From: Desulfovibrionales bacterium
GTDB taxonomy: Bacteria > Desulfobacterota > Desulfovibrionia > Desulfovibrionales > Desulfovibrionaceae
Reading direction: 5' to 3'
DNA: 64,000 bases
NCBI GenBank assembly: GCA_038248065.1
Contig: JBBRUD010000001.1
Location: 22,594 to 86,593 of the forward strand
Numbering within the stretch: the first letter of the stretch is position 1; every line of letters starts with the position of its first letter. The position numbers and the translations under genes are program-made. The notes beneath the pieces are model-generated. The model was not told the DNA's origin and made no database searches. It was given only the letters and a program-made list of their open reading frames with translations. This document shows positions 1-13,053 of this stretch, in pieces.

Positions 1-2
1 CC

Positions 3-170
3 ACCATGCTCAAGGCTCAGGGCAACCGTGATGCTGCCGAAGCACTGATCAAGGCCCGGCAGATGGACCTGGGCAAGCGGATAGGCCACAAGGTTTGGGA
101 AGCCAGAGTGAAATACGGCGAAAAACGCCGCAAGGAACAACCCGCCGAAGCTCACGAACTGGAAAGTTAA
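3..170 (+). CDS. 3' end of an upstream gene (C-terminal ~55 codons only), function unknown
   Basis: Frame is open from the window edge (..TMLKAQGNRDAAEALIKARQMDLGKRIGHKVWEARVKYGEKRRKEQPAEAHELES) and ends at TAA 168-170. It is absent from the ORF track because it has no in-window start. Confidence 0.3.
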   Translation, partial: TMLKAQGNRDAAEALIKARQMDLGKRIGHKVWEARVKYGEKRRKEQPAEAHELES

Positions 171-360
171 GAGCCAGGAGCAAGGGGCGCTGCCCCTTGA
201 CCCCGCTGGGGGTGCGGGGCACCCCCAGCCCCCCCCAATATTTTGCGCGACCACGCAGCAGACGGGTGACAACGCGAAGCTATAAGGGGGGACCGGGGGG
301 CCATTGGCCCCCCGGCCGCCGGAGGCTCTCCTTCTTCTTCTCTACTCTCCGGTTCTCTGG
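171..360. repeat. Composite GC-hairpin intergenic repeat, long type (copy A1), ending GGCCGCCGGAGGCTC plus a CT-rich tail
   Basis: Perfect hairpins CAAGGGGC-GCTG-CCCCTTG, GCTGGGGGTGC-GGG-GCACCCCCAGC and CCGGGGGGCC-ATT-GGCCCCCCGG. It is the reverse-complement match of 32977-33126 and 30966-31152. Confidence 0.85.
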
Positions 361-361
361 C

Positions 362-1528
362 CTACTCTGAAATGATCTTATCCTGGGCTTCGGTGAGGGT
401 GAACTCGCCTTTTTCCAGTTTGGCCTTGAGATCCTGGGCTATTTCCAGGGACAGGGCGTAGCTGGTCAGGGGCACGGTCTGCACTTTTTCGCCGTTGACC
501 GTAATCTGGCCGGATTTAAGCTCTTCAAAGCTCACCTGGGCCAGTGTTCTGTTCACACCGTTGGGATAGTCATGGCCGTAGTCACGTACGGGCATGGTGA
601 TGTCTGCGTCGCTGACGCCGGTGAAGAAAGCCATCTCCTCATCCAGGATGGGGATGGGGATGCCCACACCCACGGCCATGGAACAGCCGTAGCCCATGAT
701 GCTCACCCCGCGTATCCATTTGGCCTGCATGCCCTTGAGGTCGCCCTTGAGCATGAGCGTGCCCGCAGCCACTTCGGGAATGCCGCGTTCGTTGCGGGGC
801 GGCTTCGTGTTGTGCTGCGTGCCCGCACCCAATACCCAGCCGGTGCCGCCGCCCAGCCAGATTTTCACTCCGAGCCCGATGGTGCGAAAATAGGGATCGT
901 TGAACAGCGGGGAAAGCTGTCCTGCCGTGGCGTAGTTGGCGTTGCGGCAGTTGGGCTTGAGCGGCCCCATGTATGTATAGATCACCTGGCTGGTGAGGTT
1001 CACGGCCACGTTGTAGCTCTGGTAGCAGTTGCGCGGGTTCAGAAGTTCCGCGTGCTTGAGCTCGGCCAGGGTGAATTCTTTCTCCAACTCGGTGCGGGGG
1101 TAGCAGTCGGTGCCGTAGCCCGTGGCCTTCAAACGCACGGCCTTGCCGCGCAGCAGGTCTTCGATGACGTGGCCACCGCCGTATTTGAAGCGTCCGGGAT
1201 AGACCTTATTCAGGGGATCGTCTGCGCGCGGCTCCGTGCAGCCCAGATAGGCGTCCACAGCGGCCAAGCCCGCGTAGCAGGGAACGTTGTTCAACGACAC
1301 CTGACTGGCCTTCATGGTGGGCGGCTGCTGACCGAAATTGAACAGCAGGCCTGAGGAGCACATGGGCGAGAAGGTGCCCGTGGTCACCACGTCCACTTCC
1401 TTGGCTGCGGCCACCTTGCCCTTGCGACGCACCATATCAACCATCTCTTCAGCGGTGAGGATGACGGCCTGGCCCTTGCGGATGCGCTCATTTATCTCTT
1501 TGACGGTCTTTTGAACCTCTGGACTCAT
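362..1528 (-). CDS. DUF39/COG1900 homocysteine biosynthesis protein (aspartate-semialdehyde sulfur-transfer family)
   Basis: Sequence is typical of the family (MSPEVQKTVKEINERIRKGQAVILTAEEM.., GTFSPMCSSG, YGGGHVIEDLL, GVGIPIPILDEE). Start trimmed to the ATG at 1528, since the longer track ORF runs into the dnaA promoter region. Confidence 0.8.
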   Translation of the reverse strand: MSPEVQKTVKEINERIRKGQAVILTAEEMVDMVRRKGKVAAAKEVDVVTTGTFSPMCSSGLLFNFGQQPPTMKASQVSLNNVPCYAGLAAVDAYLGCTEPRADDPLNKVYPGRFKYGGGHVIEDLLRGKAVRLKATGYGTDCYPRTELEKEFTLAELKHAELLNPRNCYQSYNVAVNLTSQVIYTYMGPLKPNCRNANYATAGQLSPLFNDPYFRTIGLGVKIWLGGGTGWVLGAGTQHNTKPPRNERGIPEVAAGTLMLKGDLKGMQAKWIRGVSIMGYGCSMAVGVGIPIPILDEEMAFFTGVSDADITMPVRDYGHDYPNGVNRTLAQVSFEELKSGQITVNGEKVQTVPLTSYALSLEIAQDLKAKLEKGEFTLTEAQDKIISE

Positions 1529-1685
1529 GGAAAACCTCGTAGAAGCGTCTGAAAAGCGTTGGGACAATGGCCCAAAACCCCCACCTTGGCAAGGCAGCCC
1601 ATCTGGCCTCTGCGGCTGTTTTGCACTCCGCCGGGATTTTGTGTAGGCAGATAGCCTATTCAGAGAACGCACAAGCCGGTATGCC

Positions 1686-3002
1686 GTGCTCAAAGAACAA
1701 CTTCGCCGCCATCTTGCCCAGATCACACCCGAAGCCGACCTGCACCGCTGGTTCGACGCTCTTGAGCTTTTTCCTCTGCCCGATTCCCTGGAGATCGTGG
1801 TGGAATACCCCCACGCCTATTTCGCCCAGTGGTTCGAGAGCGCAGTCAAAGACCACTTCGAGAAGCAGGTCAGCCTCTTCCTGGGGCCAGGGTACACCCT
1901 GCGCTACCGCTACCGCCCCGCCTCCAGAGCCGAGGCGGGGCGGGTCGGCTCCATGCTCCAGGCCAGCAACATCGATTTCCCTTTCGGCCATGAATGTACT
2001 TTTGAACAGTTCTTCACCAACCAAAAGAACCTCTTTCCCCTGGCTTCGGCTAAAGAAATAGCCAAAGCCAAAGAGGTGAAATTCAATCCTTTCGTTGTTC
2101 ACGGTGATCCCGGCACAGGCAAGACCCACCTGCTGCGCTGCATGGCCAACGAAGTGAGCAAACATCAGGACAAGAACTTTATTTTCTTCGGCACTCTGGA
2201 CGACTTGGCCGATCTCTATGCATCGGGCGCTTCTGAGAGCGATGATTCCGCTGTACCCGTACGGGTGCATTTGGCCGCATTCCGGTATTTCTTTCTCGAC
2301 GACCTGCACCGTCTTGACGAATATCCTCATCTTGGCAACGAATTGCTCAGTCTGTTTAATCTTTTCAACGACTCCAAACGTCAGATGGCCTTTTCTTCAG
2401 CTCAAAAGATTTCCGAATGCCAAAGCATCCCCGACCCTTTGAAAAACAGGCTCGAAAGCGGGTTGGTGGTGCAGCTCTCCGCGCCAGATCTCGATGTGCG
2501 GGTTAAATTTGTCCAGGATCACTGCCAGCGCAAAAAAATCTCCCTCACCAAAGCCCAGATGCTCACTCTGGCACAGCGCTATCCCGAGTTGCGCGGCCTC
2601 ACCGGCGTTCTCAACAAATTCCAGGCGTTCCGCGAACTTCTCAAACGCGACATTACCGACGCCATCTTCGAAAACATCCTCGGCCGCGATGAAGAACATC
2701 TGGCCCCCCAAATAACAGCTGAAACCATCATGGAAGCCGTGGCCGACCGCTTCCAGTTGGAAACGCGGGAACTCACCGGCAGCAAACGCCAACAGAACAT
2801 CGTCCAGGCCCGACAGGTGGCCATGCTGCTCTGCCGTGAGGAACTGGGCTTATCCTACCCGGCCCTGGGTCGGCTTTTCGGCGGCAAAGACCACAGTACC
2901 GTGCTGTATTCTATTAATAAAATTCTCTCACTCCAGACGCAGAATAAAGAACTCAAAGAACTGGTGGCCGCACTGCGTAAAACCTGCCGCCAGAGGGAAT
3001 AA
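1686..3002 (+). CDS. dnaA: Chromosomal replication initiator DnaA
   Basis: Walker A GDPGTGKTHLL. C-terminal DNA-binding domain RQQNIVQARQVAMLLCREELGLSYPALGRLFGGKDHSTVLYSINKI. GTG start. Confidence 0.95.
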   Translation: MLKEQLRRHLAQITPEADLHRWFDALELFPLPDSLEIVVEYPHAYFAQWFESAVKDHFEKQVSLFLGPGYTLRYRYRPASRAEAGRVGSMLQASNIDFPFGHECTFEQFFTNQKNLFPLASAKEIAKAKEVKFNPFVVHGDPGTGKTHLLRCMANEVSKHQDKNFIFFGTLDDLADLYASGASESDDSAVPVRVHLAAFRYFFLDDLHRLDEYPHLGNELLSLFNLFNDSKRQMAFSSAQKISECQSIPDPLKNRLESGLVVQLSAPDLDVRVKFVQDHCQRKKISLTKAQMLTLAQRYPELRGLTGVLNKFQAFRELLKRDITDAIFENILGRDEEHLAPQITAETIMEAVADRFQLETRELTGSKRQQNIVQARQVAMLLCREELGLSYPALGRLFGGKDHSTVLYSINKILSLQTQNKELKELVAALRKTCRQRE

Positions 3003-3008
3003 CACCAC

Positions 3009-3728
3009 ATGGAATTGTTCAGCCTAGCCAACGCCATTGCTTTTCTGACGCTGTCCGCACTCGAAATCGTGCTGGGCATCGACAACATCGTGTTCATCGC
3101 CATCATCACCAACCGCCTGCCGGAGGCCGTGCAAAGCCGTGCGCGGCGATTGGGCCTGGTCCTGGCCATGGGCACGCGCATCCTGCTGTTGCTCTCCATC
3201 AGCTGGATCATGCGCCTCACCACGCCCCTGTTCGCTGTTTTCGACTTTTCCTTCAGTGGGCGCGATATCATCCTGCTGGCAGGCGGGTTGTTCCTCATCG
3301 CCAAATCTACCGTGGAGATTCATGAGAAAGTGGAACAGGAACCCCATGAAGACTCACACAGTGCAAAAAAGGTTCTGACCTTCGGGGCGGCAGTGACCCA
3401 GATCGCCATTCTGGACATCATCTTCTCCCTGGATTCCGTGATCACCGCCGTGGGCATGGTCAATGAACTTTCGATCATGGTGGCTGCGGTGGTGGCCGCC
3501 GTGCTGGTGATGATGGTATTCGCCGACGCGGTGAGCCATTTCGTCAACCGACATCCCTCCATTCAGATGCTGGCCCTGTCATTTCTCATACTCATCGGCG
3601 TGTTCCTGGTAGCCGAAAGCCTGGGCAAGCACATTGAGCGCACCTACATCTATTTCGCCATGGCCTTTTCATTGACCGTGGAATTGTTGAATATCCGGTC
3701 ACGCTCCGCGCGAAAAACCGAGGGATAA
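3009..3728 (+). CDS. TerC-family integral membrane protein
   Basis: N-terminus LSALEIVLGIDNIVFIAI and internal ILDIIFSLDSVITAVG are characteristic TerC repeats. Multiple TM segments. Confidence 0.85.
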   Translation: MELFSLANAIAFLTLSALEIVLGIDNIVFIAIITNRLPEAVQSRARRLGLVLAMGTRILLLLSISWIMRLTTPLFAVFDFSFSGRDIILLAGGLFLIAKSTVEIHEKVEQEPHEDSHSAKKVLTFGAAVTQIAILDIIFSLDSVITAVGMVNELSIMVAAVVAAVLVMMVFADAVSHFVNRHPSIQMLALSFLILIGVFLVAESLGKHIERTYIYFAMAFSLTVELLNIRSRSARKTEG

Positions 3729-4378
3729 GCTTTCATGCCCTTTAATGAATTGGATCTGCAGAAGTCTGGGAGCCGGGTCCCTGTCCTTGAGCTTAAGCGG
3801 GAGCTGCGACCATATTCATAGCAATCGTTTGGGCAGCCACACGTGAATTTTACTAAATTATTTTAAATTTTCAGTATGTTAATTATGATACGATCCTTTG
3901 TTGGGCGTCTTGGCGCATTAACTGCCCAACAAGGGGACCGTAAGGAACCGAGGCAAAGTCCTTCCCTTGGAGACCGCTCCTCCGGTTCCTTACGACAGCT
4001 AAACCGATCTCTTAAAATATGCATAAAATTAAGGTGTTAACCATGTTTTGAACTTATCGCCGTGCTCTATAACAACTACAATCTTTAAAAAGCTTTTTTA
4101 TGATTGAAGAGAATACTCTGAAAGAAGCCTTGAAAGGAAAAGCCTCCCTGCCGAATTTTCCGTCTCTTCACGGCAATTATCCCTGTCGCTCTTTGTCCTG
4201 ATTTTCTTCACTTCGTAACACACCTTAATAGTTGATGAATACTTAAGCTCGTCAGAAAATCCAGTAATGGCGCGGGTCCTTGCCCTCTTTTCTTTTTGGC
4301 GTTTTCCGGTATACTCCATTGACCGCGCTGGACCAGAATATCCCATTTATCCCGCATGCCGAGCTCAAGGAGACGTCC
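3729..4378. other. AT-rich 650-bp non-coding gap upstream of dnaN; candidate oriC / DNA-unwinding region
   Basis: Most AT-rich stretch of the window by eye (e.g. TACTAAATTATTTTAAATTTTCAGTATGTTAATTATGATA at about 3851-3890). Only degenerate DnaA-box-like TTATCCC motifs, at 4177-4185 and 4347-4355. Lies between the dnaA-terC and dnaN-gyrB-gyrA blocks. Confidence 0.4.
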
Positions 4379-8100
<3,722 letters not shown>

Positions 8101-8136
8101 CCCCGCTCCAGCGCACCCGCGATCACGAGGGCATAC

Positions 8137-10653
8137 GTGTCAGATACGATCAGCATCGAAGAAGAGCTTAAGAAGTCCTACCTGGAATATTCCATGTCCG
8201 TCATCGTGGGCCGGGCCATCCCGGACGTGCGCGACGGCCTGAAGCCGGTGCATCGGCGGGTGTTGTTCGCCATGCATGAGCTTTCCAACGGCTGGAACCG
8301 CCCGTACAAGAAATCCGCCCGCGTCGTCGGTGACGTCATCGGTAAATACCACCCCCACGGTGACCAGTCGGTCTACGACGCCCTTGTCCGCATGGCCCAG
8401 GAATTTTCCATGCGCGACCCTCTGGTCGACGGCCAAGGTAACTTCGGCTCCATCGACGGCGACGCCGCTGCGGCCATGCGTTACACAGAAGTGCGCATGT
8501 CCCGCCTCACCGGCGAGTTTCTGGCTGATATCGACAAAGAGACCGTCGATTTCAGGCCCAACTACGACAACTCCCTGCAAGAGCCTTCGGTGCTGCCCAC
8601 AAAGGTGCCCAACCTGCTGCTTAATGGCACCACAGGCATCGCCGTTGGCATGGCCACCAATATTCCGCCCCATAACCTGGGCGAGCTGTGTGACGGCATT
8701 CTGCATGTGATTGATAATCCCGCCTGCAGCGTGGACGAGGTGATCGCGCACATTCCCGGCCCGGATTTTCCCACCGGCGCTTCCATCTATTGCGGCCAGG
8801 GGTTGCTTGACGCCTACCGTACCGGTCGCGGCTCCATCAAAATGCGCGGCACCGTGGAGATCGAGCAGCAGAAAAAAGGTCAGGAGCTGGTGGTCATCCG
8901 GGCCATCCCTTACGCGCTGAACAAATCCACACTGGTGGAGAAGATCGCGGCGCTGATTCATGATAAAAAAATTGAAGGCGTCAGCGACCTGCGCGACGAG
9001 TCCGACCGCAAAGGCATCCGGGTGGTGCTGGAGCTCAAGCGCGGCACCATCGCTGATATCGTCATCAACAGCCTGTACAAGTTCACCCCGCTGGAAAGCT
9101 CCTTCGGCATCAATATGCTTGTTGTCGCCAGCAACCGGCCGGTGCTGTGCAATCTGAAGATGGTGCTGGAATATTTCCTGGAACACCGCAAGGATGTCAT
9201 CCTGCGCCGTTCGCGCTTCGACCTGCGCAAAAGCCAGGAGCGGGCGCATATTCTGGAAGGCCTGCGCATCGCTTTGGATCACATCGACGAGGTGGTGAAG
9301 CTTATCCGCGCCTCGAAAAATGGCGCTGAGGCTAAAGAACGGTTGATGGAGCGCTTTGAACTCTCTGATAGGCAGAGCCAGGCCATTCTGGATATGCGCT
9401 TACAGCGTTTGACCAACATGGAGCGCGACAAGCTTATCGAAGAGTACGAAGGGCTGCTCAAGTTCATCGCCTATCTCATGTCCATTCTGGAGAACGAAGA
9501 GGTGCTGCGCGGCGTCATCCGCGACGAAGTTGTGGAGATCAAAGAAAAATTCGCTACCCCGCGTAAAACTGAGATTCTGGCCAGCATTGAAGGCATCGAC
9601 ATCGAAGACCTGATCCCGGATGAGAACGTTGTCATCACCCTGTCGCGCCGTGGCTATATCAAGCGCACGCCGCTGGATACCTACCAGCAGCAGCGCCGTG
9701 GCGGAAAGGGCATAGCGGGCGTGCACACTTCGGGCGAAGATTTCATCCAGAGTTTCTGCATCACCTCCAATCACCAGCATCTGCTGCTGTTCACCAACCT
9801 GGGCAAGATGTACCAGCTCAAGGTGCACCAGATTCCCGAGGGATCGCGCACTGCCAAGGGCATGCACATCGCCAACCTGCTGCCCATGGAGAAGGACGAG
9901 TTCGTAGCCACGGCTCTTACCATCCGCGAGTTCTCCGAAGACCGGTACTTCCTGTTCGTCACCCGCAAGGGCATGATCAAGCGCACCGCCATCATCCTGT
10001 ACAAGAACTGTCGTTCCGGTGGTATCCGGGCCGTCAATTTGAACGATGGCGACGAGCTTCTGGATGTGAAGGAAATTCTCGCCGAAGCCGAAGTGGTGCT
10101 GGTGACTGAACTGGGCCTGGCTATCCGCTTCGCAGTGGGCGATGTGCGCCCCATGGGCCGCACAGCAACGGGTGTGCGCGGCATCGCCCTTCGCGGCAAG
10201 GACCGCGTGGCCTCGGGCGTGGTGGTTGGCAGCACCGAGCGCGACCAGATTCTTACTGTCGCGGCCAATGGCTTCGGCAAGCGCACCGATGTTGAGCATT
10301 ATCGCCTGCAAAGCCGTGGCGGCAAGGGCGTGATCAATATGAAGGTCACCCAGAAGACCGGCCACGTCATCGGGGCGACCATGGTTGCCAACGAAGACGA
10401 AGTGTTGCTCCTGACCTCTGCCAACAAGATCATCCGTATTCCTGTCGGCGGCGTTCGCAACGTCGGACGGGCCTCACAGGGCGTCACCTTGGTGGCCATG
10501 GACGATGGCATACAGGTCATGGGCTTTGATCTGGTTGAACCCAGCATAGAAGCTCTGGACGCCCCGGCGGTCGATGCTGCGGTCACTCCTTCAGCACAGC
10601 CTTCCGCTGTCTCCGGCTCCGGTGCAACCGAAGAGTCAGGTTCGGATTCATGA
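8137..10653 (+). CDS. gyrA: DNA gyrase subunit A
   Basis: [48 protein letters not shown]-terminal beta-pinwheel repeats. GTG start. Confidence 0.98.
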   Translation: MSDTISIEEELKKSYLEYSMSVIVGRAIPDVRDGLKPVHRRVLFAMHELSNGWNRPYKKSARVVGDVIGKYHPHGDQSVYDALVRMAQEFSMRDPLVDGQGNFGSIDGDAAAAMRYTEVRMSRLTGEFLADIDKETVDFRPNYDNSLQEPSVLPTKVPNLLLNGTTGIAVGMATNIPPHNLGELCDGILHVIDNPACSVDEVIAHIPGPDFPTGASIYCGQGLLDAYRTGRGSIKMRGTVEIEQQKKGQELVVIRAIPYALNKSTLVEKIAALIHDKKIEGVSDLRDESDRKGIRVVLELKRGTIADIVINSLYKFTPLESSFGINMLVVASNRPVLCNLKMVLEYFLEHRKDVILRRSRFDLRKSQERAHILEGLRIALDHIDEVVKLIRASKNGAEAKERLMERFELSDRQSQAILDMRLQRLTNMERDKLIEEYEGLLKFIAYLMSILENEEVLRGVIRDEVVEIKEKFATPRKTEILASIEGIDIEDLIPDENVVITLSRRGYIKRTPLDTYQQQRRGGKGIAGVHTSGEDFIQSFCITSNHQHLLLFTNLGKMYQLKVHQIPEGSRTAKGMHIANLLPMEKDEFVATALTIREFSEDRYFLFVTRKGMIKRTAIILYKNCRSGGIRAVNLNDGDELLDVKEILAEAEVVLVTELGLAIRFAVGDVRPMGRTATGVRGIALRGKDRVASGVVVGSTERDQILTVAANGFGKRTDVEHYRLQSRGGKGVINMKVTQKTGHVIGATMVANEDEVLLLTSANKIIRIPVGGVRNVGRASQGVTLVAMDDGIQVMGFDLVEPSIEALDAPAVDAAVTPSAQPSAVSGSGATEESGSDS

Positions 10654-11033
10654 GCCTGGCCGGCAAGATTCTGGCCCTGGCCCTAGCCGGGGCTCTGGGC
10701 AGCCTGGCGCGGTACTTCATGTCCGCCTGGGTTCAGAATCTTACCGGACCGGATTTTCCCTGGAGCACCTGGACCGTTAACATCCTGGGCAGTTTTCTTT
10801 TCGGGCTCGTGTGGATGCTGTGTGAGGAACGGGCCTATTTTTCCTCTGAGGTCCGCTTCATCATCCTGGTGGGTTTCATGGGAGCCTTTACCACGTTTTC
10901 CACCTACATCTTTGAAACGGCCCAACTTGCCCGAGACGCCGAATGGCTGCGTTTGGCTGGAAATCTGGCTGGCCAGAACATCCTGGGTTTTGTGGCCTTG
11001 ACCCTTGGCATGGCCCTGGGCAGGGGAGTGTAG
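10650..11033 (+). CDS. crcB: Fluoride ion channel CrcB/FluC
   Basis: GALGSLARY.., GFMGAFTTFSTY motif, four TM segments. Its ATG overlaps the gyrA stop (ATGA). Confidence 0.9.
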   Translation: MSLAGKILALALAGALGSLARYFMSAWVQNLTGPDFPWSTWTVNILGSFLFGLVWMLCEERAYFSSEVRFIILVGFMGAFTTFSTYIFETAQLARDAEWLRLAGNLAGQNILGFVALTLGMALGRGV

Positions 11034-11034
11034 C

Positions 11035-11394
11035 ATGGAATTTACGCCGCTGGAGCGTTTGCGCGTCTATCTGGGCGATGCTCAACGTCTGCATGGCAAG
11101 CCTGTTTATGAGTGTGTCGTACAACTGGCTCTGGAACACTGCATGGCCGGAACTACCGTCAGCAAGGGTTTCATGGGCTACGGCGGACACCATCATATTC
11201 ACACTGCGAAAATCCTTCAGCTCTCAGAGGATTTGCCCATCATCGTTGAAATTCTTGACTCGGCTGAGAAGATAGACGCTTTTGTGCCCTTGCTTGCTGA
11301 TATTGTCAGCCAAGGGCTTGTGACCCGCGAGTCCGTCGCAGGGGCTTTCTTTCGGCCAAACGCGCCAGCTTGCGGAACCAAAGGCGGCCTTTAG
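11035..11394 (+). CDS. DUF190 domain protein (commonly partnered with crcB)
   Basis: MEFTPLERLRVYLGDAQRLHGKPVYECVV..GTTVSKGFMGYG..PIIVEILDSAEKIDAFVP matches the DUF190 pattern. ATG lies 1 nt after the crcB stop. Confidence 0.75.
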   Translation: MEFTPLERLRVYLGDAQRLHGKPVYECVVQLALEHCMAGTTVSKGFMGYGGHHHIHTAKILQLSEDLPIIVEILDSAEKIDAFVPLLADIVSQGLVTRESVAGAFFRPNAPACGTKGGL

Positions 11395-11488
11395 CCGAGC
11401 TCTCTTGAAAGTTATGAACAATTTTTCAATAACAAAATTCAGGTGTTTGGTTTGTTGCGAACAGAAGTTCACCCAATGACGTGGGGCC

Positions 11489-11770
11489 CTAGGTCCGGTT
11501 TGGGGCGCGGCGGCTGTAGGCCATCTTCATGGCCAGTATGCAGGCTGTCAGGCAGAAACTCACGCTGTTGGCCGCAATGACTGCTACGGAGTCAATGAGC
11601 ACGCCGTAAGCGATCCAGGTGGCGATGCCTGCGCACAGCAGCAGGTACATCCTCAGTGATATATCCACCACGGAACGCGTTCTGTAGGTTTTTACCACCT
11701 GTGGCAGAAACGAGGCTGTTGTCATGCATCCCGCTATGATGCCGACGGCTTCCACCATCCAGTGTTCCAT
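11489..11770 (-). CDS. SemiSWEET / PQ-loop small sugar-transporter-like membrane protein
   Basis: 93 aa, three TM helices, PQ motif (FLPQVVKTYRTRS). Confidence 0.7.
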   Translation of the reverse strand: MEHWMVEAVGIIAGCMTTASFLPQVVKTYRTRSVVDISLRMYLLLCAGIATWIAYGVLIDSVAVIAANSVSFCLTACILAMKMAYSRRAPNRT

Positions 11771-11826
11771 GCCGGAAGCTCCTATTAACCTTTGACACCC
11801 GCCGGGGGTGTGGGCACAATTTCCTC

Positions 11827-13053
11827 ATGCTGCCACAACATCTTGCCTTTGCCGTCAACAGCGGCACTCGCGTCCAACTGGGCGTAACCGGAAGCATAGC
11901 CGCCTACAAGGCCCTTGAACTTCTGCGCGACCTGCAACAGCTCGACCTGCTTGTGGGAGTTACAGTAACAGAAGCCGCTGCCAGGTTTGTGACGCCTCTT
12001 TCTTTTGAAGCTCTGGGCGCGCAACCCGTGTACACCTCCCTTTGGGATGGACCCGAGAGCGCGTTTGGGCATCTGGAGCCCTCCCAGGAAGCCGCCTGCC
12101 TGGTTATCGCTCCGGCTACGGCCAACACACTTGCCCGACTTGCCTATGGCCTGGCCGACGAAATACTGAGCGCCCAGGCCTTGGCCTTTCCAGGTCCGGT
12201 GCTTGTTGCTCCGGCCATGAACCCCAGGTTGTTCGCGGCAGCAGCCACCCAGGAAAATCTTGAGATTTTGCGCCGCCGGGGCGTGACAGTGATCGAACCA
12301 CTGAGCGGTCGCATGGCTTGCGGCGAAACTGGCCAGGGTCGTCTGGCTGAATTACCCGCCATTGCTGCCGAGGTCCTCCGCGCTCTGGCGCCCAAAGACC
12401 TCACTGGGCGCAAGGTGCTGGTGACCTTGGGGCCGACCCGCGAATATTTCGATCCGGCCCGCTACTGGTCCAACCCGTCCACTGGGCTCATGGGCGCGTG
12501 TCTGGCCATGTCCTGTTGGCTGCGCGGGGCTGAAGTTTCCGTGGTTCACGGGCCTGTCGACCTCTGGTTTCCCGATTCCATCAGCAGCACTTCGGTCACT
12601 ACGGCCCGCGAGATGTTTGAAGCCGCAACAACGCTGTGGCCTGCTCATGATGTAGGCATCATGACTGCTGCGGTATCCGATTTTTCACCTGTCCCTCACG
12701 GTTCCCAGAAATTTAAGAAGAGCAGCCTTTCCAGCAATGCGTTTTCGCTGCCTTTTGCCGCTAATCCTGACATCCTTCGCACCCTTGGCGACAGCAAGGC
12801 CCCTCACCAGCGCCTGGTTGGCTTTTGCGCCGAAACCGGCAATCTGGCCGGGTACGCTGCTCAAAAGCTCCAGGAGAAGCACTGTGATCTCATGGTGGCG
12901 AATTCCATTGCATCCCCTGGGTCCGGTTTTGCCAGTTCCACCAACGCTGTGGTGGTCACTGATGCTCTGGGACGCACGGAAACCTGGCCGGTCCTGGCCA
13001 AAACTGAGGTCGCCTGGAGAATCGTGGAGTGGATGACCTATCTTTTGGGCTGA
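11827..13053 (+). CDS. coaBC: Bifunctional phosphopantothenoylcysteine decarboxylase / phosphopantothenate-cysteine ligase
   Basis: GVTGSIAAYKALELLRDL flavoprotein N-domain. C-terminal DFP domain (AAVSDF, MVANS). Confidence 0.92.
   Translation: MLPQHLAFAVNSGTRVQLGVTGSIAAYKALELLRDLQQLDLLVGVTVTEAAARFVTPLSFEALGAQPVYTSLWDGPESAFGHLEPSQEAACLVIAPATANTLARLAYGLADEILSAQALAFPGPVLVAPAMNPRLFAAAATQENLEILRRRGVTVIEPLSGRMACGETGQGRLAELPAIAAEVLRALAPKDLTGRKVLVTLGPTREYFDPARYWSNPSTGLMGACLAMSCWLRGAEVSVVHGPVDLWFPDSISSTSVTTAREMFEAATTLWPAHDVGIMTAAVSDFSPVPHGSQKFKKSSLSSNAFSLPFAANPDILRTLGDSKAPHQRLVGFCAETGNLAGYAAQKLQEKHCDLMVANSIASPGSGFASSTNAVVVTDALGRTETWPVLAKTEVAWRIVEWMTYLLG

Noticed and set aside
95-370. 91-aa ORF rich in R/P/G (..GGHWPPGRRRLSFFF..)
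   Set aside because: It is entirely a translation of repeat copy A1. The same peptide-like strings recur wherever the repeat occurs, in different frames and strands.
1529-1685. SAM riboswitch or DnaA boxes in the divergent DUF39/dnaA control region
   Set aside because: I inspected both strands and found no S-box-like core and no TTATCCACA-type box. Only weak short stems occur.
3003-3008. yybP-ykoY (Mn) riboswitch upstream of the TerC-family gene
   Set aside because: Only 6 nt separate the dnaA stop from the terC start, which leaves no room for a leader RNA.
10560-10650. Fluoride riboswitch upstream of crcB
   Set aside because: There is no intergenic space because crcB overlaps the gyrA stop. 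The preceding sequence is the gyrA C-terminal coding region.
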